Assembly: GCF_009914755.1 (NCBI RefSeq)
Contig: NC_060935.1
Origin: the human T2T-CHM13v2.0 reference genome, Homo sapiens
Strand: one strand, 5' to 3'
Length of the DNA: 64,000 nucleotides
The position numbers were made by a program, and so were the translations under genes. Of the stretch, positions 40,201 through 55,307 are shown in pieces. The notes beneath the pieces were generated by a model. The model saw only the letters and a list, made by a program, of their open reading frames with translations. It was not told the DNA's origin and made no database searches. Position 1 is the stretch's first letter. Every line of letters starts with the position of its first letter.

Positions 40201-42402
40201 TACGATCCAGGCCCTGGGAAGAAAAGACAAGGAGCCCACAATCTAGTGAAGGGCAGAAGAGGAAAATAAATGATTTGAGTCATTTGATATCAGAGGTGCT
40301 ATAACCCATAGAAACAGAGGGAGGTGAGGAGGCCCAGAGTGGGCCCTGTAACCACTGGCAGGAGGCGATGAGTGAAATCTAATTGTGACGGGTGGCAGAA
40401 AAAAATGCATTACAAATTGAAAACAGGCCTACTGTCCTATTACTTATGTTTTCTCTTTTTGGAGCAGAGCCAAACTGTGTATAACCTAGGAAATGGCTGA
40501 AAGCAGAGAGGAAATATGCAGAGCATCCCTCTGTGAGATTCAAAAATCATCTTCATGCTTGTAATCATTCAACACAGACACTCCGCACCTGACTTCCCAA
40601 CAATGGGATTAGCCCGTCTTTCTGCCCCAGGGAACTCTGTGCCATTTGGAGAGACCTAGGGGTCCTGGAAGAGAGATGCTGATGGTCCAGCAGCAGCTGG
40701 CCTCACACAGGCCTACAACTTAATTAGGTTCCTGGGAGGGCAGTGTGCAGAGATAAACCAGTTAGTAAGGGGCACCAGAGTGCTGGGTGTGGAAGTGTCA
40801 GCATCAAAGACACGCCTAAACGGCCTCTGCTCTGCACATGTGGCTGTGCTTGCACGTACGTCCATGTCTGTATGTGTCTTTGTGTGTGTGTGCTCTGGCC
40901 AAACAGTAGGAGGAGGGAGGGTTGGAAACAAAAGGACCTGAAAACAAGGGGACCGTCACAGTGAGAAACTGATTTGCTTTCAGACTAATGATGGTAATGG
41001 TGATGATCGTGAAGGTAGATGACAGAGAAGCTTCTTGGTTCCAGAAACTGTATGAGGCACACTTTTTCACTACCTCATTCAATCGTCATGGAGATCCTAT
41101 GGAGTAGACACTGTTATTATCATCCTCGTTTTACAGATGAGGAAACAGGAGCTCAGGGGGTTCCGTGTCTTGACCTTGGACAGCAATAAGTAGAGATGTT
41201 AGAATTAAACAAAAATACTACAATTAGGAGCCATGTCCCAGAACTGAAATGGAACATTCAGCTGAGGCACTGAGACAATACCAAAGCAGGCACAAGGTCA
41301 CAATGCAGGATCCTCAAAGGAAAGGCTGAGAATGGTGGAGGGAGAGGACGTTGGCAAGAGCTCTGTGTGGTGTGACGGGGCTACTTCTCCCTTCGACTGA
41401 AATCAAGAGAGAGGCTCAAGGACACCCGGATCTCAGGGGCTGTGCTGGAGCCATAGCTGACTCATCTGAGAGACAAGGCCCAGGAGACAGCTGGCTAGCT
41501 GGTCTTGGAGCAGAGGGAGAGAGAAATGGTTGTGTTGGGGGTGGCCTGTACTCTGTTTGCTGGAGCAAAGAATGCACGGTGCTGTTTTCCTGGAGCAGAT
41601 GGGGTCAAGAGGGCCAGCTGAAGTGGCAAACAGATCCCACCAGAAAGAAGCTGGAGGGACTGCAGGATGCTGGGGGTGAGGAAGGAGTATGGGAGCAGCC
41701 AGAGAGATTCACATTTATCAAGGGACTGTGGTATGAGATTCAAAGTGATGGGTGGGGGCCTCCAAAGAACCCAGCAAAGCACCCGCAAGACAAAGATCCC
41801 AGCTTAAACACCTGCTGGGGGACATCAGTCACCATGGCCACACGGGTCCAAGCGAGAGCTTGCCTCCTCCCCGCCCTTGCTCCCCGAATACCAACCCTGG
41901 AAAGGTGAGGAGCTGGGGGAGGGGAGGACAGGGCAGTAGAAGCCCACTGTAGGCATCTCCTCTGCAGCAGGCCAGAGCGGCAGGAGGGAGAAAAACATTC
42001 ACTTTAAATAGACTGACTACTTTGACTATTACATAGGACTGAACATTTAAATTACTGGAGGACTTTTATTTCCTGACATTTGCCAAGTTACAAGACTTCC
42101 CTAAATATTGTACAAGTTATGAGACCCATCCAAAATTTTGTGAAAGGGGAGGGGAAGAACTTGACCTGGAGAATAAATTTAAAGGGATAGTGGGAGGCAA
42201 AAATAAAATCACCTTGCAATTATGTCTGATGAGCTGCATTTGTTGAACGTAAAAGTTACATTTACAATGAATGAAAACTTACTGTGTGCCAGAAGCTTTA
42301 ATAATAGATTTGCTTGATCTAATTTAATCTCAAATTAACCCTGCAAGATAGAAGTTACTACTCCTATTTTACATGTTGGAACACAGAGGCTCTGTGAGGT
42401 AA

Positions 42403-42888
<486 letters not shown>

Positions 42889-43635
42889 TGAAGTACATTT
42901 TTTTCCCTGAATTAATTCTGTCCTCATGCATTCAATAAAGCTTTCACTATAAAGGGCAAAAGACTTTGCTCAAAAGACTGACTTTATATTCTTATATTCT
43001 TTTATTTTGAGGTCAAAGGGATTGGAAAAAGTTTATTCCACAGCTGCTATCACTTGCTTGTTTGTCAAAGGGTTAATATAAACTGCAGTGTCATAACCAA
43101 ATAATTAGATCTAGGTCTGAATGCAAGTTTGTAAACAGGGCTATAGATATACTGACAGGGATGGTGGTATTTGGAGGGAGCTGTTACTGAAGGACAGTGA
43201 GGGCATTGCCGGGAGGGGAGTGGGCTGAGGGGAATGAAGAGGAGAAGAGAAAATAAGAAGGCAGTGAGAGGAAGTCTTGTTGACAGAGGAACAAAAGTCT
43301 CGGTTCTTGTTCATCAGCTACACACTGAATTCTCATGTCTTCTAATATCCACCACAATAAGTAACTACAGCAAAGACAAGGCTAGGACCTACCTTAGAGA
43401 AGAATGCTTGATAACACACACTACTGGATTTCAAATCTGTGTTCATATGAGTGATGCGAGTGTGTGTGCATGTGCTGCTGTAACTATCATCACCACCACC
43501 TTCACACCATTGTCTTCATCGTGGTCTTCCGAACTTTCCGACTCTACCCTCTCCCAGAAATCCACCCAGCCCAGTTAGAGAACCAGCATGGGACTCCTGG
43601 GCTTAAACTCCTCCCATCTTCACTGGTGAACTCTT

Positions 43636-43775
43636 GTGTCTTTGTCTGGTTTTGGTGTCAGGGTAATATTGACCTTATAGAATGAGCTATGAAGTGTTCT
43701 CTCTTTTTCTATTTTTTGGAAGAGTTTGTGAAAATTGGTATTAATTTTTCTTTGCATGTTTGGCAGGAATCACCG
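43636..43775 (-). mobile_element. L1M ORF2 fragment
   Basis: gtctttgtctggttttggtgtcagggtaat...atagaatgag...ttttttggaagagtttgtg. Confidence 0.75.
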
Positions 43776-46700
43776 GCTTAATTGTTTTTGTAAACCATTG
43801 CACCTAGTTCACAGTTGATATTCATTAAAGGTTCTGCATTGAAATGAATCTGTTTCTATAATGTTGTATCTTACCTGATATAATTTAATGATGAATATTT
43901 AACTTAAAATTTTAAAAGAGGCTTCTATCTGATATATCATAGAATACTACAAAAGTCCAGACTGAAGTCCAAATTTCAGACTATTTATACCAGATCTTGA
44001 ATTTTATAGGTGTGACCTACTAGTCACTCCTAAAAATAGATTCCTTCAAATTTCTCTGGGTACCAGGTAATATTCATTCAACTAAGCCCTGAACTGAGTT
44101 CCAGCTTCCTATCGGTATCTCCCTAAACTCATTACTAATTAAAGGAAGCCATAGCTACATTTTAAATACAAAATGCTTAACTTACAAAGGCTTGTTAAAA
44201 GGTAATGATTCAAGTGTTTTGTTAATAACAAGGACTTATTACCTTTTAAGAACAATTGTCCAAATGTATCATAGAATTTGTTAATAATGAAAATTCCACT
44301 GTTCTTACCCTTGTGGTGAAGCCCTGGAATCTGTATTTTAACAAGTTCCTTGGGTGATTCTAATGCAGTTGGTCAGAGGAGCATACTTTGAAAAACACCA
44401 CTTTAAAGTTATCATGACTTTGTGGATAAAGGTGATGAATAAAGTAAATTGTGTCTATAATAAAGTGCCGGGCACACCACTTGGCTCAAGGTGGCATGCT
44501 GTGGGTGCCAATGTGACTGGTTTAAGAAGCATAATTCAAATTACCTTAAAGAGGGTTACAGCTGGGTAAAAACTTAATTGTTGATAGGACTGCAGGCATA
44601 TCTAGGTATTTTTGGTCACTCTCCCACAGTCTCCACTCATTCTCAGCAATAACAAAGCATGGACTATGAGAAAGGGCTTATGTTTGGAATCCCAATTATG
44701 CTGTGTATCAGTTGTGTAACTTCAAGAACTACCCTCCCTAAGCCTCAGCTTCCTCATCTGTAAACAGGGATAATGTCATCTACCTTGCTGTGGTGGTGTG
44801 CAGATTTAATGAAATACAGTAGACTTTTTTTTTCTTAATTGCCCTTTGCCCTTTGCCCAACCCTCTCCCACTCCCCTCCTCCAGATGGGCTCATGTAACA
44901 CAGGGCCAGCAGGAGACGGTACAAATGCACTTGCACAGCTACAGTGATGGATGGCTGTCAAGTGGCTGTCTCAGCTAAGGAAACTCAAACATGAAAAGGG
45001 AAGAAAAGGAAGCAGATTCAAAGGCTGGTGATGAGATGATCAAGTGCTTGCTTCAGAACACAAATCTCAACATGAGACCAGTGAAATTCAATTGAAGCAG
45101 AGCACACTTATATCCTCGGGTGCTTTGATATATTTAGGAGGAAATGAGGGAATATCAAGGTCAGGTCTAAAAGGAGATCAATGAAAAGTGATAATTTCTG
45201 CTGTCGCAGGAGATAGGCACTGGGTGTACAAATATTTCACGTAGATGGAATGATCCAATTTCATCCAGCAAATACCACCTGTGAACACATTTCTGGTATA
45301 TTTTGCTGAATGGACACCAAGTTTGTGAGTAAGTGAATTTCTAGCAATGGTGAAATTATCTCTGCGAGCCCCATACAGACATTCCTTACTTTAAATCCAT
45401 CAATTTAATCAACGGAGAGTGTAAAATTATAGGAGTCTCTTTTGATTCCTTTCATATTCATTTCCTACTATGGCTTTGGGATTCAAATGATTAGCTCTGT
45501 GACATTAGAGGCAAGTTACTTTACCTCACCGAGCCTTCTTGCTTAATCCTCACTTCAACCCTATTAGCTCTATTCTATTTCCAGGAACATGGGGGTAGAG
45601 GGTGCCTTACCGAAGGTCACCCAGCTAGTAAGAAGTAGACCAAGCCCAGGGCAGGCTTCCTCTGTGTTCCATTCCAACTCTGGGGACTTGCCCAGGGACA
45701 GCAAATTAGGGGGCCAAGATCACTTTTTCAGATGTTATTCTGGGTCTTTCCATGTTCAGCCATCAGAGTTTATAATCCACCAAAGGGAAGATTCAATGTC
45801 TGTATAAGGTCTCTCACAAACAGACAGGCATGGTGAAGTGGACTGCATGAACTACTTTGTATGCCTTCCTGATGCTTGGTTGTAAGTTAATACATCCATC
45901 TTCCTCTTTCCTTTCTCACAGAATAAATACCCTTCAGTTACCACCACTTTTGTTTTGCGTGATTCTATAATCTACTGGCTTCTAACTGTTCACTGTTCAA
46001 AGAAGATAGATACAAGGACCTAAGGGTAAGGGATGTACATAACCTCAGATAAAGGGTAGTATTCTCTGGACTAGGGAATTGTGGGAAGAGCATGATAAGA
46101 ACAGATTAGAACTAACCACTATTGTTATGACTGCGTAATGTGGAAATTAGAGTCATCTATCCATCCAGCCAGCCAGCCAGTAATTCATAGAACCCTAGAA
46201 TTTTAGAACTGGCAGACAATCATAGAGATAATTTAATTCAATATGTTAATTTTTACAGATGGAAAAAAATTAGATGGAGAGAGAGGAAATAACTCCATTA
46301 AAGTCACATAGCAACTGATGGCAGAGCTGGAACCAGCATTCCAGCTTCTCATTTCCTGGTCCAGTTTTGTTGTTGTTGCTGTTGTTTCTTTTCTTTTTTT
46401 CTTTTTTCTTTTTTTTTTTTGGCATCAGAAGAGACAGTATTTTAAAGGTACTAATAGCATATTGTTATTAAAAACAACAGTAGACAATGTCTCCACAAAA
46501 CCTAACTGCTTGTAACATATCTTCACTTAAGTATTTCATGTGAGTCACCATGTACAGGGCATTAGAAATTATTCCATTAAGTATATGCTCTGAATTGCTT
46601 GGGTTTGCTCATAAATCCCAATCCCACAGGACTTACGAAGGCAAATGATCTTCCCAAAAGGTCCATGTGCCTTTTGTTCTTTAGGCTAATCCTCATATAA

Positions 46701-46804
46701 CTTGAAAATAAATCTCACTCCTCTGACGGATACTCTGGGCAAACTTAGGATTTTTCTGTCAAGTAAGTATTTCATGAGGACATGCTAGTGAGAGATGCTA
46801 AAAA

Positions 46805-47580
46805 ATTCACTCATTAATTTGTTTAACATATATTAACTTAGGTGCTGTGGGAAGACATTGGGATACAACAGAGGACAGAGGATACAAAGTCCCTGCCCTC
46901 TTGGAGAGCAGTGACTTACATTCCAATGAAGGGAGAGGGACCATAAGCCAATAAGCTGGTATGTCAGGTGGTGGGAAGTTCCAACAAGAATAATAAAGGT
47001 GACAGAGAGTCACATGTGCTGTGTGTGTGTATGTGTGCTTACCTAGGGTCAACAACAGCCTCTCTGATCAAGTGAGAGTTGAACAGAGACCTGGAGGAAG
47101 TGAGCCTTGTGGGCTTCTGCAGGGAGAGTGCAAAGACCCTAAGGCCGGAGGATGTGTCTGAGGAATGCTGAAGAGGCCAGTGAGGCTGAATGGGAGCTAA
47201 CGAGGAGTAGGAGAAGAGATCAGAGAAGGGCGAGCAGAGTGGGGAGGGCCTTGGATAGCAGAGAGAGGGATTTGGTTTAATCTTCTGTGCGATGGGGAGC
47301 GGCTGGAGGATTTGAGCAGACCTGATGTAGCTCCGAGTGGCACGATTTGACTCTTGGTTTATGTTTACTTCAGCTGCTGCATTCAGAACAGACACTAGCT
47401 GGGCAAGGAAGAAGCAGAGAGACCTGTTAGGAGACTCCTTCGATAGTCCAGATAAAAGATTATGACGGGGTGGGCGACAGTAGCTGCGTCCCCATCCCCA
47501 GGCTGGGCAGAAGAGACTCTTGAGTAGAGATACTTGCTGAAACTTGCTGAATGAGTGAAGAATCTTACACAGAAAGTATG
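46805..47580 (-). mobile_element. L2 3' portion
   Basis: attcactcatt tail, caaagtccctgccctcttggag...ttgaacagagacctggagga...gaggccagtgaggctgaa. Confidence 0.7.
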
Positions 47581-47677
47581 TAAAGAGCGTTAAGAGCACA
47601 TAAATGAGAAGATTTATTCTACTTTATGGAAGTGGAAGCATGACAAAAATGTCAAAGAAGACACGAGTCTAATCTTT

Positions 47678-47965
47678 TTATTCTTTTTTGTTTTTGAGAC
47701 AAAGTCTCTGTCACCCAGGCTGGAGTGCCAGGGCGTGATCTTGGCTCACTGCAACCTTCGCCTCCTGGGTTCAAGTGATTCTCCTGCCTCAGCCTTCTGA
47801 GTAGCTGGGACTGCAGGCATGTGCCACCACATCCAGCTAATTTTTATATTTTTGGTAGAGACAGGGTTTCACCATGTTGGCCAGGCTGGTCTTGACCTCA
47901 AGTGATCCACCCACCTCAGCCTCCCAAAGTGCTGAGATTACAAGTGTGAGCCACGGCACCCAGCC
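47678..47965 (-). mobile_element. AluS
   Basis: Dimer; TSD agtctaatcttt (47666-47677 and 47967-47978). Confidence 0.95.
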
Positions 47966-49379
47966 AAGTCTAATCTTTATGATACAAATTCACCAAAGAT
48001 GGGAGACACAGGGCTTTTCATGGCCAAAGGATGGCAAAAGCAAATCCCACAGAGATGGCTCTTATTAGAACTTTCAGAGTACCTTCGCTTGCTTGGAAAC
48101 GGGCTCTTCAGATGAGAAAGCCTTGGCCTCTTTAGAAAACCATGCAGGGGTTAAGAGAGATGCTGACACTTTTCAAAATATTGTGCAGGAAAATTTATTT
48201 TTCTATTAATGAGTGTTTAAGGGCTATTAAAACTGTGTTTGTCATCTATAATCTGGCAGCTATAAAGAGATGCCCTTTTATTATTCTTTCATTGAGCTTT
48301 CTCACACCAAATTACTAATGAGGTAATTACCAACATTGTAATTATTGTATAATTACTAGGGGAGTGGGAAGGAAAATGTGGAGCAAAATAGGCGGCCAGG
48401 ATTTTGGTTGTTCTGTCAGAGATCTGATAATAATGATCTCTGTGAAAGTCGGTGAACTGAAAGTTTAAGGCTCATAAAATGGGAGCATTGGCACCCGGGT
48501 ATTGTAAAGCAATTAGTAGGAGGTGCAGGAGCAGCCTCTGGGTTCCCCTGGGGACTCTGCTCTTCTTGGAGGCAGCCTGCCTGGGATATAAAGGAGCCTC
48601 TGAAAGTAAACAGAGCCGGCCTGAAGTCCTCGTTCACACCTCACTTCCTGTGAAATCTTGGGCTTGCGACAGGACAGAACGTGTCTGAGCCTCATTTTAT
48701 TAAAGTGAAAAGGGAAAAATGTACCTCCTACGTCTGCCATGAGGGTTAAACACATCAACACCAAGAGAAAACGAGTGGCATCTGGTGCTTACAAAGTGTT
48801 CGTCTCCTTAAGCCCCTTCCATCAGCACCAGGCCAGGCGGCGTCTCGCTGCCAAAAGCCCAATTAGGCAAGGCCAAAAGACTTAGCAATTTTTCAATAAT
48901 TTTTACTCAAGTTTACTTGAAACTGCTAAAACACTTTCAATTAGTTTGTCAGTTCATATTTTTAAATTTTTGAGGTAAAAATAGAAACTCATGGGGATAA
49001 ACATGGCGTTTGAAACCACACAGCTGCAACAGCAGCCAAGCTGTGACTCGAGCCTTCTCACAGTCTGAGGACTCGGTTCCTTGGCTTCATTCCTTCGTGA
49101 GCCATATCAGAACATCTGTAATGTTAGCCTCCCCATGCAGCTGGCCCAAGCCGACCAGAGCTGCAGGAGGCAGGGCTTTGGGGAGGTATCTTCATTGTGT
49201 CTGTGTGTTTAACATCTAGCTCAGAGGATGCTACGCCCGTGTAAGGAGCTGCCAGGCATGAGATACTGAAGCACGAGAAAGGCTACAGTTGTTTTATAAT
49301 AAGTACACAAAACCTCTTTACCCAAGTGTAATGTTTTACCCTTTAGATCCTAGAATGCACCTAGCATTATTTTCTCCAC

Positions 49380-49562
49380 ACTGGTTCCCAACTTTAGTGT
49401 TCCTAAGAATCACCTTGGGTGGGAGTGAGGGGTTTGTCAGAATGCAGGGTCCTGGGCCCCACCCCCATAGTCTGCTTCTGGGTCCCAGGAAGCTGCACTT
49501 GAAATGACCACTCCAGATGATTCCGATGCAGGTCCACAGATGGTGCACATGAGAGAAACTCT
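49380..49562. mobile_element. MER5-like hAT-Charlie MITE
   Basis: ggttcccaacttt...agaatcacct...aatgcagggtcctgggccccacccc...ccagatgattccgatgcaggtcc. Confidence 0.6.
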
Positions 49563-49839
49563 AAGATATTTACTGAATCTGCCCAACAACCTTGGGATAT
49601 AAACAGAATAAACATGGTTCAGAGGGTTTAAGTAATTTACAGTGGGCAACTTGCCAATGAGTGATGAGAGCTGGGCTCCTTCCCCTCACCTGCCCTTCTG
49701 AAAAGCTATTTCTTCTATTAAGCCTATGCCAGAACAAGAATACTTGAAATAATCTCTTCCTCTTAACCAAAGAGTGCTTCTCTTTTGTTACAGCTTTTCA
49801 TCTTGTACAATGCTAGCATGAAGCACCTGCTTTGCCTCT

Positions 49840-50395
49840 GTATTAAGGGCATCTTTTTTACTCTGATGTTTTGGCATCTGGGGCCTTAGTGATGCTCTGG
49901 AAACTGTCCCTCGCTCTTCAGCCCCCACATACACCCCAGGACTAGCCAATTTTTAGAGATAGTAAACAACTTGTCTATGAGGGTACCTTTTATATGCAAA
50001 CCAACCCAATAACCATTCCCCAACCACCTCCTTTAGCAGGCTCTCACACTTGGACCACTATTTCCCTGCCCTAATCACTCCAGGGCCAGGTACCAGACCA
50101 CTGTGGACAGCCCCTGTGCCCCAGAGCCCACCAAAACTATTCAAATTAGCCAATCCTAAGCCCACTTAGCCTGCTTGCCCCAGCTTATCCATTCCTTCCT
50201 GCAAAAATCACAAAGAAGCCTTTCATCCATATTCTCCCTCAATCCTTCTTGCCTCCTGACCCAACTTGGTGCTTCCTTGTGTGGCCCTGCATGGCACAAT
50301 ATTCCTTCTGGGAGCGAAATATCTCTTTCAATGGCAGTTGTCTCCTGATCCGCTGGCCTCACGGTGTATGAGTAATAATGAAGCTTGCATTTGAA
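49840..50395 (+). mobile_element. Old ERVL-type solo LTR (MER21/MER77-like)
   Basis: ctagccaat...agagatagtaaacaac...tttatatgcaaaccaac...cctaatcactccagggccaggtaccagac...ttagccaatcctaag; family call from recall. Confidence 0.6.
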
Positions 50396-51170
50396 AATAG
50401 CTTCCCATACTAAACTGGAAGCAACCTGAGGACAAAGCCCTTCTCCCTTTTCAACAGCTATTAATTAGATTAACTTGGTGTTTTGTTCACTGAAGATGTT
50501 CCAAAACTATTTGTTAAGTGAATTTAAAGAGTCAGGAAGCTTAAGCAAAGCCTTCTATTAGTGATTTTGCTCATCTTTGGGGTTAGAATTTTAAATCAAT
50601 TTTCAAGCTGCTGCCAAACTGATGTTTTTCTCAAGCAAAAATGTAAAAGTTAATGGCAGACCATATATATGGAGCGGTTGAATTATTCACAGGCTCCTTT
50701 CAATCATGCAAGAAAAGCATTTACTGACTCTAAGTTGAAAAAGATACAGTCCCTGCTTTCTAGTTTGCTGTGAAAACAGTATTGACTCATAAATAAACAT
50801 TTAAAAGGGCAGAAACACATCTAATGAAATAAACCCAGCTATTTATAGGGTCTTGAATGGGCTAATTTTGTAGTATTTCTGGGTGATGGGGTGTGAAATA
50901 CGTGATCAGGCAAAATGAAAAGGTGGAGCTGGAGGCTGCTTGGTGAGAGAGAAGAGAGCACTAGAGCAGGAGTCCAAAAAGACTTGGATCCAATTCTCTA
51001 CTCTGAACCCCACCGTGGATTTGCCACTGAATAAATCACAAACCCTGCTGTCAGCCTCAGATGTCACATCTCTAAAATGGGAGGGCAGGACAGATTACTT
51101 ATAAAACTCCTTCTGGTCAAGAAACTATAAGTGGATCAAAATTATTGCCTTGAAATGGAGCTGTTTCTTA

Positions 51171-51337
51171 AGGAAGGAAGAAGGAAAGATAGGAAGAAAG
51201 GGAGAGAGGGAGGGAGGGAGGGAGGGAAGTAGGAAGGAGGGAGGGAAGGAAGGAAGGAGGGAGGGAAGGAAGGAAGGAAGGACTGAGGGAGGGAGGGAGG
51301 GAAGGAGGGAGGGAAAGAAGGAAAGAAGGAAGGATGG
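51171..51337 (+). repeat. Polypurine (GGAA/GGAG)n simple repeat
   Basis: About 165 nt almost entirely G/A. Confidence 0.95.
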
Positions 51338-51989
51338 ACAAAATGACATTCACTGTAATGTTTTGAATTAACAGGGGTGAAAAACTGAAAACAAGTGAAA
51401 TGTCCAATAATAGGGGAATGGTTAAATAAGATGTGCTACATCTACATGCTAGGATAGTATGTAATCATTTAAATGATGTAAATAAAGAGTTTCATTGCCT
51501 TGGGGAAAATTCAAGAACACCAGGGTGGCTTGACTGGGCCTGGATCTGCCCAGTGCTCTCCTCACAGGCCCCTCAGGCCTGGCTTACAGCAATCCTGGTG
51601 GCTGTTACCACTCCCAGGAAGTGTCCTACTCAAGATAATATACAACTAAATGAATTGATTAGAAACAGAACTCATCTAGACAATGGATGAATCTGAGAAA
51701 CATTCTGCTTGAAATGGTATCTTGATCTCCCTGGCAGGTAATGCCCATTTTCCCCTGAAACATGGTTGGTCACTAAGGACTCCGCACTGCCCTTGGGGTG
51801 CTCCTGCCAACTTCCCCAGCTGTCACCTCTAGTGCTCTTGGAGTAACAGGAATAATGAGGCCTCTGGTTGTTGTACCACTAAATGGGGAGAAACGATCCA
51901 CTTACATGTTTCTCACTCTATTAATGTCACGCTCCAGGGTCAATACAGCATTTTACATCTGAATGCTCTTTTCAAAAATATCTGAAACA

Positions 51990-52710
51990 AAACAATGAGA
52001 TACCACCACACACCAGTCAGAATGGTTATTTACTGAAGAGTCAAAAAATAACAGATGCTGGCAAAGATGCAGAGAAAAGGGAACACTTATATATTGTTGC
52101 TGGAAATGTAAATTAGTACAATCTCTATGGAAAACAGTATGGAGATTTCTCAAATAACTAAAAATAGAACTATCACGCAATCCAGCAATCCCACTACTGG
52201 GTATCTACCCCAAAAGAAAAGAAACCATGATATAAAAAAGACAGCTGCTGCTGTTTATCACAGCTCTGTTCACAATAGCAAAGATATAGAATCAATCTGT
52301 GTCCATCAACAGATGAGCGGATAAAGAAAATATGGTATATACACTACGGAATACTATTCAGCCATAAAAGACAATGAAATCATGTCTTTTGCAGTAACAC
52401 AGATAGAACTGGAAGCCATTATCTTAAATGAAATAACTCAAACAGAAAGTCAAATACCACATGTTCTCACTTGTAAGTGGGAGCTAAATAATGTGTACAC
52501 ATGGACACAGAGAGTGGAATAACAACTTTGGAAATTCAGAAGGGTGGCAGGGTGGGAGGCGGGTAAAGGATGAAGAATTACTTAATGGCTACAATATACG
52601 CTATTTGGGTGATGGGTACACTAAAAGCCTAGACTTCACCACTACCTAATATATCCATGTAACCAAGCCACACTTGTACCCCCTAAATCTATAAAAACAA
52701 AAGTTAAAAA
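51990..52710 (+). mobile_element. L1PB-class 3' fragment
   Basis: End of ORF2 (caatgagataccacc...ccagtcagaatgg) and 3' UTR gaattacttaatggctac...aaagcctagacttcaccactac...cttgtaccccctaaatctat. Confidence 0.88.
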
Positions 52711-53568
52711 ATATATATCTAAGCAAAACAATCCCACATCCCTTTCTTCCTGTTGGAAGTGTTTTTTTCTTTATGCAGAAGGCTTTATCAAAGCTGCTGA
52801 ATACAAACACAAAAAAACCCCAACTTGAAAACTGGTGAAATGAGTAAAACGGATGCCGCTGGTTGAGATGTACAATAGCATTCACTTAGGAATATCCATT
52901 GTGGGCCAACTTGTCATTTTGGCCTCAAGCACTAATTTTTGACCAGGCTGATGCGGGGTGCAAACACAGGAGACATCTCACTCTAAATTCTGTACTTTCT
53001 TTTCAAAGCTAAACCCGACTGAAAGGAACTTTTTGTAAAGAAGAATCCAGAATTGGAAGTGCATGATTTCAACCCTATAAAAATATGTATAGAAAGACAG
53101 ATGACCCAACATTACAATTAAAGCATCTGCTTAGGAGTGGAGGGAGAAAACAAGGGAGGGAGGTGGTTTGTGTGCAGGAGAGAGAGACAGACACACACAC
53201 AGAGAGATTACTGTTCAGATTGCCTAAAGTGATCCTCCTGGGCACAGCTGTGCAGTCACTGTTGTCTAGAGGCTTCCTCTGGGTGCCCAAGCGCTAGCTT
53301 GGCTGTGCCCATGCCCCACCATGGCTCTCACAGCTGACTGCCTCCCACTCCATTGAACACACACGAGTCTGTCACTTTCAGTTCCACTTAATTTCCACTC
53401 TCCCCTCTGGCTGGCGGCCACAGAGTCCTCTTGGCAACCTCCACACTGGTAACCATGGATACCCTCCACTCCCAGACAGGCGGCTCCTAGAGCAGATGGT
53501 TGTCAGCACTGGGGGTGGGGAACAGGCTGAAGGGACAATCTGAGTTATCCAGTCCCTTGCATACACCC

Positions 53569-53634
53569 CTCCCCAACCAACCCCCACCCCCCCCACACAC
53601 ACACTCACACACATACACACACACTCTCTCACAC
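53569..53634 (+). repeat. C-rich / (CA)n microsatellite
   Basis: cccccacccccccacacacacactcacacacatacacacacac. Confidence 0.9.
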
Positions 53635-53939
53635 GTCTTTCCCTAGATCATGCTTAATTCTGGCCTTGACAAGGAACTCATGATGTTTCAAATATCACAA
53701 ATACTGCAAGAACAATTGCTACCATTGGTGCAGCACCTACTGTCTGCCAGACAATGACCTATATGCTTTGCATACAAAGGGAAGGGAATAGTTTACTAGG
53801 AGGGCTTAAGGAGTTTCATTTTTCTGACCCAATTCAAACATGACTGTTTGGGGCCAAGTCTTTTAGTGTGGACTGCTGACATGCATAATAACAATCTCAG
53901 AAGCATATTGAAATTCCAGGTTCCTGGGCCCAACCTTAG

Positions 53940-54891
<952 letters not shown>

Positions 54892-55307
54892 AGAAATTCC
54901 AATTTAGAAGGTCTGGGGTAGAACCCAGGAGCCTGAGTGGGGCCCAGGATCTGCACTGTAAACAACCACTTCGTGTGATTCCAATGTAAGTGGTCTGGAC
55001 CACCTGAGAGAAAGCCTGCTCTGGCTCAGGGATTCTCAGACTTTAAAATGCTGATGAGGGTCTGGCTAAAATGCAGTCTGATCCAGTATTTCCAGGGCAG
55101 GACTTGGGGATTCTGCATTTCTGTTAAGCTTCCAGGTGAAGCTAATGCTGTAACCCTGGGAGGTATCTTTCCTCGTTCTGTTCATTTCCTCTGCCTGAGA
55201 TGCCACGCTCTACTTCATCTAGCAGAATTCTACTCAACCCCCAGAGTCCCACTCAAATGTTAGTATTTCAGGAAGCTTCCTCTGGTCTGCAAGTCTATTT
55301 TAGAGGT

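Noticed and set aside
41351-41930. 185-aa + strand ORF ending near a donor-like AAG|GTGAGG
   Set aside because: Non-ATG start, no recognisable homology and no matching acceptor identified; insufficient to call an antisense exon.
51125-51407. Low-complexity ORFs (PSFLPS / GRKEGR)
   Set aside because: Translations of the GGAA/GGAG simple repeat.
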